From positions 23,498,001 through 23,562,000 of the forward strand of contig OZ024757.1 of the NCBI GenBank assembly GCA_964016885.1: a DNA stretch of 64,000 nt, in the 5' to 3' direction. Made by a program: the position numbers and the translations under genes. A model generated the notes under the pieces. It was not told where the DNA came from, made no database searches, and saw nothing but the letters and a program-made list of their open reading frames with translations. This stretch comes from Eledone cirrhosa. Its lineage: Eukaryota. Shown here in pieces: positions 39,103-51,322 of this stretch (positions are counted from its first letter, which is position 1; the number at the start of each line of letters is the position of its first letter).

Positions 39103-39117
39103 AAATATATATATATA

Positions 39118-39375
39118 TATCATCATCGTTTAACATCCATCTTCCACGCTAGCATGGGTTGGACGTTTTTGTCCCACTTGAGGCGAGATTGGTTGGGAGA
39201 CCACGTCTCGCTCAAACAGAACTGTTTCTGGCAGGTTTTCTACGCCTTGATGCCCTTCCTAACACCAACCACATATACAGTGTGGACTGGGAGCCTTTTT
39301 ACCGTGTCTCCTACACGACCACTTTACAGTGTGGACTGGGAGCTTTTCATTGTGTCACCTCCATGACCACTTTAA
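39118..39375 (-). mobile_element. RTE 3' UTR fragment
   Basis: atcatcgtttaacatccatcttccacgctagcatggg...gatgcccttcctaacacc. Confidence 0.8.
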
Positions 39376-40419
39376 ACAGATCTAAGTAAGTTATCCAACC
39401 TAACACTAACATCTAAATATGTGAAAAAAGGAATATTGGGGTAGACGAAATCGGTGAGAAGTAGCACAAAGCAAAATGTAGATATTTCACTGTGAATTCT
39501 TTCTTTCCAAATTTTGACAAATTATTGAATATTTGATACCTCTGTTATTATTTTCTTAAAGTTATCAATCTTAAAATATATTTTTATTATTGATGACTAT
39601 GTTGTATTTCTGCTACAGTGAATTACATTTTTACTGATTTTTCTCCGTTTCTAACATTCTAGTAAATAAGAGGATGTGTCCATTCTTGAATAGAAAACTT
39701 GATACAATTTCTCATATATATATATATATATATATATTTTGTACTGCATTTCCCAAAATTGAGAAATATATATATGTGTGTGTGTGCACACATAAATATA
39801 TATAGAGAGAGACAGAATGATAGATAGATAAATAAATATATTTATATTTCCTGATATATATTTGTGTGTGTGTGTGCATGAGTGTGTATGTATGTGTGTG
39901 AGCAAGGACACTGGACATTAATTGATGATGAAAATAATAGAAGGAAAAAATTAGAATTTTTCCTTCTATTATATATATATGTGTATGTGTGTGTATATTT
40001 GTGTGTATAAATATATATAGACACACACACATACACACAAGTTTTGGTTGGTCAATTTCCTATTTCCAGAAATATTATTTATGCAAATTAGCTAAACATG
40101 TAAATCATCTTTTTCCATTATATTTGTCGGCGTTTAATCCAGATTTTTGCTTTATTGCAAAAGTATATAAAAAATTTGTGGGGGAGGGGAGTACTTATTT
40201 ATTTACTTATTTATTTTGCAAATGTGTGTGCGTATATATATATATGCATCTGGGTGTGTGTGTGTGCACACATTTATCAGCAAGTATTTACATGATATGT
40301 AATTGTGTGTGTGTGTGTGTGTTTATGTGTGTGTGGGTGTGGGAGTGTGGGAGTGTGTGTGTGTGTGTGTGTGTTATAAATATAGACGTATTTTGTCAAA
40401 AGTTGGACAAGAAAATTTC

Positions 40420-40690
40420 CACTCACCAATGAGCATGCATATTTGATGAACAGCATCAGTTTCCATAGTAACCAAATAACAATACCGCCTCTTTTAGCCC
40501 CACCCTATGTCACTGGAAACATTTTTCCGGCTAAGTCTCTCCAAAAATAAAAGATAAATCCATAAACAAATTCAATTCCGTTGGTGACAGAGAACCTGCT
40601 GTAATTTAACTCATTTTAGAGAACAAATGCCTTTTGGTGCTATTGAGACAATTAGAGAGCTATTCTTGTTGCTATAGATACTAATTAACT
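40420..40690. promoter_or_regulatory. Candidate RFX-regulated promoter or enhancer
   Basis: X-boxes GTTTCCATAGTAAC (40459-40472) and GTTGCTATAGATAC (40668-40681), CCAAT at 40426, GCCCCACCC at about 40497, TTCCGG at about 40525, all in sequence not otherwise repeated in the window. Confidence 0.45.
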
Positions 40691-40921
40691 CTTAACATCC
40701 TGTAAGGATTTCGCTCGCTGAAAAGATGGAAATATCTAAAAATGTGTTTGTTAATTCATATGTTTATAGTATCTTTACTAATGGAGAGTTTGTTGTGAAA
40801 ACTTGTGGTATACTAAAAATTTAGTGTTTTTAATGTGATGTAGTCATAGTTTTGTTTTATACTTGTCACGAATGTCTTGCTGATGTGGTTTCATGTGATT
40901 TGTTCATTCAAATGTTTATAG

Positions 40922-41068
40922 TGAAGGCACATGGCTTGCAATCGAAAGGTTGTGAGTTCAATTCTCTGACCGAGTGATGTGCTGTTTCCTTGAGCAAGAC
41001 ACTTTATTTCACGTTGCTCCAGTTTACTCAGCTGTAGAAATGAGATGATAGGACTGGGGTCCCTTTCA
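40922..41068 (+). mobile_element. SINE family A, 5' part
   Basis: gaaggcacatggc...ccttgagcaagacac...ggactggggtccct. Confidence 0.85.
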
Positions 41069-41449
41069 TTAAATCACCCAAGACACCTCCAACGAGATAT
41101 ACCTTGGAGGAGGCCAGCTTAACATGCATAGGTGTGAGCTGTAACACACACATAGGTGTGAGCTGTCACACACACACAGTAGACAGATCATTGTGAAAAT
41201 TGGAAGTAAATTAAAGACTTTAAATTTTGATATAGTCATAGTGCTGTGTTTACTTTACAGTATTTACTTTACAGTATTTTTAATGTGATGTAGTCATAGC
41301 TTTGTTTTATACTTGTCAAGAATGTCTTGTTGGTGAGGTTTCATGTGGTTTGTTAATTCAAATGTTTATACTGTTTTTACTAATAGACAAATTGCATCTT
41401 AACTCTTAACATCCTGTAAAATATCTAAAAATGGGTTTGTTAGCCAAAC

Positions 41450-41870
41450 TCACTATCTTTGATTCGGTATTCATACGAAACCTTATCTATGGTCATGAAT
41501 CTTGGTAATGATCAACAGAAAATGATCGTAAACACAAGCAGCCAAAATGGGGTTTCTCCAAAGGGTTTTTGAAGTAACTTTACTTGATCGAGTGCAGAGA
41601 ATCGCTACAGGTAGAGCTGCTACTCCAAATTGAGAGATGACAACTCCAATATTAAGGGCATGGGATTAGAATGTCTCAGGAAAGAATCACTGGAGAGATT
41701 TTATGGGCAAAACTAACCAGAGGAAACACATGACTAGACCCTGAACAAGATAGTTGGATAACAGCCAGATTAATTGGAGACAGTCACTTCTGACATGACC
41801 TGCTGGTAAAAGTGTTTGAGGACTGTCCCTCCACAACCTTCTGAGGAATAAGTGGGTGAAGAAGAAGGAT
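41450..41870 (+). mobile_element. Old RTE LINE 3' fragment (second family)
   Basis: Residual frames LIYGHESW and QAAKMGFLQR; ends in gaagaagaag. Confidence 0.6.
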
Positions 41871-42182
41871 TTGTTAATTTAAATGTTACTAGTGGACAGA
41901 TTGCATTTTAACTCTTAACATCCTGTAGAGATCTAGTAGAAATATCTAAAAATGAGTTTGTTAGTTCAAATATTTATAATATTTTAATAGTGGGCACAAT
42001 ATAGTGAAAATCAGAAGTATTAGAGTAAAGTCATTAACTTTTAATATAATGCAGTCATAGTACTGTTTTGCATATTTCAAGAATGTCTCGTTAATGTGGT
42101 TTCATGTGGTTTATTAATTCAAATGTTTATAGTATCTTTAGTAGTAGACGGATTGTTGTGAAAATTGGCAATTTTATCTCTT

Positions 42183-42520
42183 ACATGGCTTAGTGGTTAG
42201 AGCATTGGGCTTGCAATCAAAAGGTTGTGAGTTCAATTTTCAGATCGGGTGATGTGTTGTTTCCTTGAGCAAGACACTTTATTTCACATGGCTCCAGTTT
42301 ACTCAGCTGTAGAAATGAGATGATAGGACTGAGTTCCCTATCATTCCACTGCAAAGTGGTCATGGAGGTGCCACGGCAAAAAAACACCCAGCACTCACTG
42401 TAAAATGAGGTTGGTGTTAGGAAGGGCATCCAGCTGTAGAAATCAAGCCAGAATCAGTTCCCGTCCCACCCTTGCAAGCAGGGAAAAAGTGGACGTAAAA
42501 GGAAATGAAAATGAAATGAA
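42183..42520 (+). mobile_element. SINE family A
   Basis: Matches family A. Confidence 0.88.
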
Positions 42521-42669
42521 ACATCCTGTAATGATTTAGCAGAAAATATCTAAAAACATATTTGTTAATTCAAGTTTTATAGTATATATAAGACAGATTG
42601 TTGTGAAATTTTGCAATATTAGAGTAAATACATATATGTATGTATGTATATGTGGTTGTGTTGGTGACA

Positions 42670-42900
42670 ACAAAAAGTGCCCAGCCCACACTGTAAAGTG
42701 GTCGTTTTGGTACTACAATAAAAAGCACTCAATCCCTGTTGTATATGTGGCTGATGTTAGGAAGGGCATCCAGTCATAGAAACCTAGACAGAAACAGTTC
42801 TGTGTGTGCAGGACAAAGTCATCTGACCTGACTTATCTTACAACAAGACAACTCATCTAACCCTGCTAGCGTGGAAAAATTGACGTTAAACAATGATGGT
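42670..42900 (+). mobile_element. RTE 3' UTR fragment, older
   Basis: cccagcccacactgtaaagtgg...gttaggaagggcatccag...gctagcgtggaaaaattgacgttaaac. Confidence 0.7.
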
Positions 42901-43584
42901 ATCCTTATTAATTTATTTGATTCATTTATCTTTTTTACATGTATTTTTTCCAGAAAAAAAAACGTGACAAAAACTTTGTATCGATTCTTTCAAAACAACC
43001 ATTAATTTATTTCAAAATTCAAAAAAATTACTAAACCCCCCAAAAATAAATAAATAAATGTAAATAAGTAAAACAATTTTTTTTTTTTTTTAATGATAAA
43101 CAGTTAAGAAGTAAAATGAAAGAAATAACTATCTGTGCAGTAACTTGCCAGTTTTTAAATTATTTTGACTTCTGGGAAATTAAGATTAAAAATTTTACTG
43201 ACAACACACTTAGATATATATGTGAGTGTATACATTAAATATATATATATATATATATACATGTGTGTGTGTATATCTTCGGGACAATAAATTGTGACTG
43301 CCTTTAAGAAATACTAATAGAAGCTCTTAAGCTGGACTATAAATAATAACAGTCCATAAATAACTTCCTCACCATTGCCCTATCACAGGTTATCTCCCAT
43401 CTATGCTTATGTCTTCCCATTTTCTTTTATTTTTTTATTTTTCAGGCTATCCACATACCTGTCTGTCTGTCAGTCTGACTGCTTGTCTGTCTGTCAGTCT
43501 GACTGCTTGTCTGTCTGTCTACCTAACATTGCTTTAAATATGACACAGAACATTCATTCTAATATATATATATATATATATATA

Positions 43585-44008
43585 AAGGGCATCCAGCTGT
43601 AGAAATCAAGCCAGAATCAGTTCCCGTCCCACCCTTGCAAGCAGGGAAAAGCGGACGTAAAATGATGATGATGATGATATCATCATCATCATCATCATCA
43701 TCATTTCATTTTACGTCCGCTTTTCCCTGCTTGCAAGGGTGGGACGGGAACTGAGTCTGGCTTGATTTCTGCAGCTGGATGCCCTTCCCAACACCAACCT
43801 CATTTACAGTGAGTGCTGGGGCTTTTTTTCCGTGGGGCCTACACGTCCACTTTACAGTGTGGGCTGGGTGCCTTTTTTGCCGTGGCACCTCCACGACCAC
43901 TCTACAGTGGAATGATATGGACCCCAGTCCCTATCATCTCATTTCTACAGCTGAGTAAACTGGAGCAATGTGAAATAAAGTGTCTTGCTCAAGGAAACAA
44001 CACATCAC
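43585..44008. mobile_element. Tail-to-tail pair of SINE A copies (43585-43679 +, 43679-44008 -)
   Basis: (GAT)n and (ATC)n meet at 43679; about 75-bp inverted arms outside the tails. Confidence 0.88.
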
Positions 44009-44255
44009 CTATATATATATATACAAAACCACCTGCATATATATATATGAACAACTGATTTTCCATGTTTAAGTTGAATATCTACATACATACAACACAG
44101 CCCCCAAAACACATAGAAATGTAAATGTATAATTATAAAGAAAATATATATATACATACGCATATAAACCTATACATACACATATATACGTATACAGGGT
44201 GCATAGCGTATTTGAGGACATACTTTTTGGGGTTATTACTGCATTTTACTAAACA

Positions 44256-44649
44256 TTGGCAGTATCAGTAGAGGGTCGGACGCCATGCTTTGCAGCACAG
44301 TTACGTCCCTTTACGGACTGAGTTCAAGACCCGCCGAGGTTAACTTTGCCTTTCATCCTTAACGGGTCGATAAAATAAAGTACCAGTAATACACTGGAAT
44401 AATTGCTGGCCTTGTGCCAAAAGTAGAAACAATTATATCATCTTTTGAGGTGGAGGACAATAATTGTTTCTACTTTTGGCACAAGGCCAGCAATTACCCA
44501 GTACATCACTGGTACTTTATTTTATCGACCCCGTAAGGATGAAAGGCAAAGTTAACCTCGACGGGATTTGAACTCAGACCGTAAAGGGACGTAACTATGC
44601 TGGAAAGCATGGCGTCCGACTCTCTACCAATACTGCCAATCCACCTTAT
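44256..44649. mobile_element. Two SINE B copies in opposite orientation (44256-44436 +, 44465-44649 -)
   Basis: The second copy has a 14-bp TSD tggaggacaataat (44451-44464 and 44650-44663). Confidence 0.88.
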
Positions 44650-44719
44650 TGGAGGACAATAATGGCAGACATTCAGCTTACTCAAGAAATGAAAAGGTAT
44701 GCTGTAATTGTAGTTTTAA

Positions 44720-46433
44720 CCCTTTAGCAGTTAAACGGGTTGTATCCAGGCAGAATTTTCTCACCTCTTTCTTTTCAAACCAGTCATAACTGGCTGCTCA
44801 TACTTAATAAATAATATCAAAATCTCATAGATTCGATATTAGGGGAAATAATTATGTGTGATAAAGTGTTTACCGTGAAAATACAATAGTAAATATAGAA
44901 TAATGTAAATGTTATGTGAGATATTATGTGGTATAATTATGTGGGAACAAGCCTTTACCATGAAAATACAATAGTAAATATAGAATAATGTAAATGTTAT
45001 GTGAGATATTATGTGGTATAATTATGTAAGATAAAGCCTTTACCATGAAAATACAATAGTAAATATAGAATAATGTAAATATTATGTGAGATATTATGTG
45101 GCATAATTATGTGGGATAAAGCCTTTACCATGAAAATACAATAGTAAATATAGAATAATGTAAATGTTATGTGAGATATTATGTGGTATAATTATGTAAG
45201 ATAAAGCCTTTACCATGAAAATACAATAGTAAATATAGAATAATGTAAATGTTATGTGAGATATTATGTGGTATAATTATGTAAGATAAAGCCTTTACCA
45301 TGAAAATACAATAGTAAATATAGAATAATGTAAATGTTATGTGAGATATTATGTGGTATAATTATGTAAGATAAAGCCTTTACCATGAAAATACAATAGT
45401 AAATATAGAATAATGTAAATGTTATGTGAGATATTATGTGGTATAATTATGTAAGATAAAGCCTTTACCATGAAAATACAATAGTAAATATAGAATAATG
45501 TAAATGTTATGTGAGATATTATGTGGTATAATTATGTAAGATAAAGCCTTTACCATGAAAATACAATAGTAAATATAGAATAATGTCAATGTTATGTGAG
45601 ATATTATGTGGTATAATTATGTAAGATAAAGCCTTTACCATGAAAATACAATAGTAAATATAGAATAATGTAAATGTTATGTGAGATATTATGTGGTATA
45701 ATTATGTGGGATAAAGCCTTTACCATGAAAATACAATAGTAAATATAGAATAATGTAAATGTTATGTGAGATATTATGTGGTATAATTATGTGGGATAAA
45801 GCCTTTACCATGAAAATACAATAGTAAATATAGAATAATGTAAATGTTATGTGAGATATTATGTGGTATAATTATGTAAGATAAAGCCTTTACCATGAAA
45901 ATACAATAGTAAATATAGAATAATGTAAATGTTATGTGAGATATTGTGTGGTATAATTATGTGGGATAAAGCCTTTACCATGAAAATACAATAGTAAATA
46001 TAGAATAATTGTTTCTACTTTTGGCACAAGGCCAGCAATTACTCAGTACATTACTGGTACTTTATTTTATCGACTCCATAAGGATGAAAGGCAAAGTTAA
46101 CCGCGACAGTATTTGAACTCAGTCCTTAAAAGGGATGTAACTCTGTGCTGCAAAGCATGCCGTCCGACCGTCTACTGATACTACCAATCCACCATAGTAA
46201 ATAGTAAATTATAGAATAATTGTTTCTACTTTAGGCACAAGGCCAACAATTACCCAGTGCATTACTGGTACTTTATTTTATCGACCTCGTAAGGATGAAA
46301 GGCAAAGTCAACCTCGGCGGGATATGAACTCAGATCGTAAAGGGACGTAACTATGCTGGAAAGCATGGCATCCGACCGTCTACCGATACCGCCAATCCAC
46401 CATAAATAATAGAATAATGTGAATGCTAAAGGG
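44720..46433. mobile_element. piggyBac-type MITE inflated by an 85-bp minisatellite and two SINE B copies
   Basis: TTAA at 44716-44719 and 46434-46437; SINE B copies on the minus strand at about 46008-46193 and 46219-46402. Confidence 0.85.
44850..46008. repeat. 85-bp minisatellite, about 13.5 copies
   Basis: atacaatagt recurs at 44881, 44966 and 45051. Confidence 0.95.
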
Positions 46434-47294
46434 TTAAAGGCTGAGCGTAGTGATTTAGAGATATCTCGGTTTTTAAAAGTTGCCAGATCTTTCATCTACA
46501 AAGGAGTTAGAGGCTAAATGTGGAAACAAATCAACTGTATCAGAACATAAAAAAGCATTCCTAACACTCTGACATCCTCAGAACACCTGAATTTAGCCAC
46601 CAAGTTCTGCAAACCATTGATGACAATCCCAGAAAAATCCATGAGTTCACTTACAAAAGATTTCCATGTGTCAAAAGGAACAATCAGAAATGTTGTCCAT
46701 GATGACATCAGATATAAGTGTTATGTGATGAAGAAAGGTCAATTTATGTCAGAAAAAAAAAGAAAATCACTTAATCAGATCTAAAACAAGCGTAAAAATC
46801 CAACAGAAGATGATGTGATTTTGTTTTAGTCAGACGAGAAAAACTTTGACCAAGATCAGAAATTTAACAAAAGAAATGACAGATGGTTATGTGCAGACCC
46901 TTCTGAAGTTTCAACAGTTATACACATAAAATTTCCTGCAACTGTCATGTTTTGGGGGGTTGTCAGCAATGAAGGACATGTGACGCTTTCTCACTTCTTT
47001 CCACAAGGCCATAGAGTTAACTCTGCTGCCTACATCGAGGTCCTGGAAACAGTTGTTAAGCCCTGGGTAGACAATGTATGTAATGGGAGGCCTAATGTGT
47101 TTCAGCAAGACACTTCACCATCGCACAAGGCTAAAGTAGTGCAGGACTGGATGGCTGAACATTTTCATGATTACATAACCCCTAATATTTGGTCTCCTAA
47201 CTCCCCAGACTACTACATGTGAAGCATTGTTGAGGGAGAGGTCAATGAACACCCCCATAACACCAAAGATTCTTTGAAAGCTGCCATAGTCAGA

Positions 47295-47515
47295 ATAATA
47301 ATAATAATGAAATTATTGTGTACAGTGCTCAGGTGCACTACAACTCATCAAAGGTGCATGTATAGTACATAGAATAATGTACAAATGTCAGGAAAATGAA
47401 CAGTGTATGAGTCATGATATAATGACAACAACAATAATAATAATGAAATATTGTGTACAGTGCCCAGGTGCACCACAACTCATCAAAAAGTGCATGTACA
47501 GTACATAGGGCAATG
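47295..47515 (-). mobile_element. Two short CR1 3'-end insertions in tandem
   Basis: aataataatgaaattattgtgtacagtgctcaggtgcactacaactc matches 29150-29250. Confidence 0.85.
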
Positions 47516-47717
47516 CAATGTCCAATATGAACCAGGACCATTTAATTCGGGCTTGTAGACGATTTCAATCTCACGTAGAAGCAGTTATTGAGGGTGGCTT
47601 TAATTAATAAAATTATGAAAAGATGGTTTACTTTTATACTCATAACATTTTTTCAATAATTAACTTATTATATATCTGTTTTTCTAAACAAATCTGTCCT
47701 CAAATACCTTACACACC

Positions 47718-47768
<51 letters not shown>

Positions 47769-47773
47769 TATAA

Positions 47774-47804
<31 letters not shown>

Positions 47805-47866
47805 TACATATATATGTACACACAATAATAATAAAAAGAATGATTTGTTATGTCTTCATTACATTT

Positions 47867-47914
<48 letters not shown>

Positions 47915-48306
47915 ATATATATGTAGTTATTGCACTCGTATCTAAGTCATTCTTTATAATAAAAAGTATTTTAAAAAAAGGATTTTTTAAAGTGAGCCCA
48001 CTGGGTGCTTACATTTGATTTTGATTTCCTTGTTTTTATACCTGCAGCAAGAATCTGTTTAAATCTAAACCTATATTTGCCTTTCAGTTGTACATTATCA
48101 ATGAATGTATATAATTTAATAGACTATGATCTTTTGTAACTAATGAGTTCAACAGGGAGGGACAGACCCCTGCTAACATGGAAATGTGGGGGGGGGGGTT
48201 GTATGAGGATATCAACAGATACAAACATGTAAAAACTATTCAAAGTACACATAGCTATAAAAATGAGTAAGTTAAATTCAAATCCTTTTTTATTATATAT
48301 ACAGAG

Positions 48307-48357
<51 letters not shown>

Positions 48358-48466
48358 GAGAGAGAGAGAGATATGTTTATTAGCCACAGGGGTACAAAAG
48401 AAGGGGACAAATACAAAGGGGGAAGTTTACATACAATAAAAACGTGTAAAATGCTAAGACAGATAC

Positions 48467-48521
<55 letters not shown>

Positions 48522-48618
48522 CAGGGTGTCTCAAAAGATGTACACACTTCAACAGCATTCTGATAAATATTGCCTGTACAGGTAATCAAAGTGTGTATAC
48601 ATTATTTGGGCTACCCTG
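48522..48618. mobile_element. About 97-bp Tc1/mariner-type MITE
   Basis: TA|cagggtgtctcaaaagatgtacacac ... gtgtatacattatttgggctaccctg|TA. Confidence 0.7.
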
Positions 48619-48655
<37 letters not shown>

Positions 48656-48850
48656 ATATATATACATGTTTGGTAATTCTAAATGACAATACACCAATTA
48701 AAGAGCCATCAAATCTGATATTCATCTATTACTTAATTTTATAGAAAAAGAAACATTTATATATATATATATAAGGTACTCTGAAAATAATTAGGGGTTT
48801 ACAGCTCTGATAGAAAACATGCAGGGTCAACAACAAAAGAATTGTTGTTA

Positions 48851-49020
48851 AGTATCGGTTGAGGGTTGGACGCCATGCTTTCTAGCATAGTTACGTCCCA
48901 TTGCAGTCTGAGTTCAAATCCCGCCTAGGTTAACTTTGCCTTTCATCCTTACGGGGTCGATAAAATAAAGTACCAGTAATGTACTGGGTAATTGCTGGCC
49001 TTGTGCCTAAAGTAGAAACA
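48851..49020 (+). mobile_element. SINE family B
   Basis: Matches family B. Confidence 0.85.
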
Positions 49021-49064
49021 AGTTGGGTTTTGTTTAGCTTTGGTGCTGAAAGACTACTGATACA

Positions 49065-49378
49065 TGGAATGAAAGGCATTCCATCAGTTACGAGTGTTCC
49101 AGTAGATACGATCAATGGAACAGTCTGTTCGTGAAATTAATGTGCAAGTGGCTGAGCATTCCACAAACACGTGCGCCGTTAGCGTAGTTCTCGGGGAGAT
49201 TCGGCGGTTTGACACAGAATGGGACAAAGCGAATTACACTTACAACTCATTTTTGCCAGCTGAGTGAACTGGAGCAGCCTGAAATAAAGTGTATTGCTCA
49301 ACAGCGTGCTGCTGGGAATCGAACTCATGACCTTACAATCGTGAGCCGAATACCCTAACCACAAAGCCACATGCATCC
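49065..49378 (-). mobile_element. tRNA-derived SINE family D
   Basis: Head gtggctttgtggttagggtattcggctcacgat...gagttcgattccc; central gtggaatgctcagccacttgcac; related copy at 62765-63060. Confidence 0.8.
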
Positions 49379-50407
49379 ATTGTATGTGTGTATAAACATA
49401 CATCCAAAGATATATGCATACACACACACACCTGATCTTAGTGCCAAAATACTCCTGTCAACCAGAGGTTAATTTACACAGGTAATGTTGATATTTCACT
49501 CTTTTGTTGCCAAATTCATAATGAAATACACTGTCTATATCACCATCATCTTCACCATTTATCATGTATTTTCCATGCTTGTATGGGTTGATATGTAAAG
49601 TAAGATAGAAGGAATTGTCATTATATATATAGATATATATTATATCTATAGTAATAATAATAAATTTGAAGACTAAAATCCAAAGAGGGCTCGATAAGGA
49701 TAAATATTATATCTATATATATATGTTTCTTTTATTTGCCACCAGGGCATCAAAAGTGGGACAAGTACAATGGGGGGAGTTTACACAAAAAGGCGTCCTC
49801 AATAAGGAGGAGGCAATAACAAAATATAAAAATAAAATAAAATATAACAAAAAATAAAATTTGTAACAAAATCCTCAATAGAGAGGAGGCGCCTTGGGGG
49901 GTCGCACACACACCCGAAAAAAGTGTGCAACCCTTTTCCTCAAGAGCACAGAGAGGGAGTGCTCCCTCGTTCCTTCCTCTTTTCCACCTACAGGCTTATG
50001 TAAAGAGAAGGCCCATTCACACGGGCCATTCTCGCCACTTTCACCCACCTTTCATAAAAACGACTGGGGTGGAGCACCTAGATAGATAGAGAGAGAGATT
50101 TTTGTGAAAATCAGTCATATGGAACTATTGTCATCTTGCCTGACGGTTTGAACTTTACAACACCACCTGCCTCTTTGAGGTCAAATACCAACCCTACTAC
50201 CATCTACAAACTGACTAATGAGAATCAAGACTATTCCTGCTGACAACATTAAATTATTCCTAACAAGCTCGTATGTCCCAAGGCTCTGATACCATCAACA
50301 CTATAAACACAGAGCTGGCATATCTAAGAACTGACTAACTGCCTGATGAGGTCATAGCCATTCAATATATATACTTTCAGACGTTCAACCATCTGGCAGG
50401 AAGGTAT

Positions 50408-50450
50408 ACGTTGCTGACGATAGCTAATAAGCTTGAAACTGGTACAGCGT
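50408..50450 (+). ncRNA. Minimal type I hammerhead ribozyme (family 5)
   Basis: acguug-CUGACGA-uAGCU aaua AGCUu-GAAA-CUGG-UA^cagcgu; 6-bp stem I. Confidence 0.65.
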
Positions 50451-50713
50451 TCCTTTGTCAGTGTTGAACAAATGAGCAACGATGGTTGCTAGACACTGTA
50501 CGACTTGATTCGGGATGCTTGTTTACAAACACATCGAGCATTATAATAAATGTTCGGTGAATCCATACGTACATATATATATATATGTGTGCATGTATGT
50601 ATATATACATACTACTGTACATCTGTATACATATATGTATGTACGTATACATACTTATATTTAAGTAACAGCCGTACTAAGAGTGAGAAATGAAATTTTG
50701 TTTCATTTTTTCC

Positions 50714-50755
<42 letters not shown>

Positions 50756-50818
50756 TTAAAATTCAGCCATGACTGAATTTTAATCATCAACATAGTCAAG
50801 GTATGTCAAGCATCATCT

Positions 50819-50885
50819 TATTTTATCTGATGAGAACGTACTGTTGAAAATAGCTCAGTACCTCTGAAATATGTATAATAAAATA
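50819..50885 (+). ncRNA. Hammerhead family 1, diverged copy (element about 50790-50930)
   Basis: uauuuuau-CUGAUGA-gaacGUACUG/CAGUACcucu-GAAA-uaugua-UA^auaaaaua. Confidence 0.65.
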
Positions 50886-51322
50886 TACTTGATCACACGA
50901 ATGTCTATATTTGTTAATATTTTGATTAATATATATATATATATATCAACATCGCCACTGTTTAATGTTTATTTTCCATGCTTTCATGGGTCAGATAGGC
51001 TTACATGTAATGTAGCTAAACAAGTCAGGTGACCACATCTTGCTTATACACTCCATTTTAGGGATTGTTTTAACTGCTCTTCCTATTGCCAACTGTTTTA
51101 CAGTATGTAGTGGGAACATTTTAGTGCGACTCCAGAACTAACACCTTACAGGATGGACTTTGGGCTTTTGGTAATGTCACCAGCAAGGCCTCCAAGAGAA
51201 ATTTTGCATGGCAGTACAAGACCCCGTTTGGGGCTCGAGGCAGAAAAATATTTTTCTCAAAATGGATATTGCGTGGTTGTTGTGGGGCCTTCTTAGCTCT
51301 TGCACACCAGAACAAAGTACCG

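Larger units (their letters stand above)
44662..47600 (+). pseudogene. Disrupted Tc1/mariner transposase
   Basis: MADIQLTQEMKRYAVIVV|LKAERSDLEISRFLKVAR reads through once the MITE is removed; SDEKNF at about 46830, MFWGVVS, FQQD, WSPNSPD; stops and frameshifts present. Confidence 0.8.
44195..47720 (+). mobile_element. Tc1/mariner DNA transposon (probably maT/DD37D type) with nested insertions
   Basis: TA-flanked TIRs cagggtgcatagcgtatttgaggaca and, on the minus strand, aagggtgtgtaaggtatttgaggaca; transposase remnants inside. Confidence 0.85.

Noticed and set aside
50343-50365. ctgatgaggtcatagcc as a hammerhead
   Set aside because: No GAAA, stem III or stem I partner follows.
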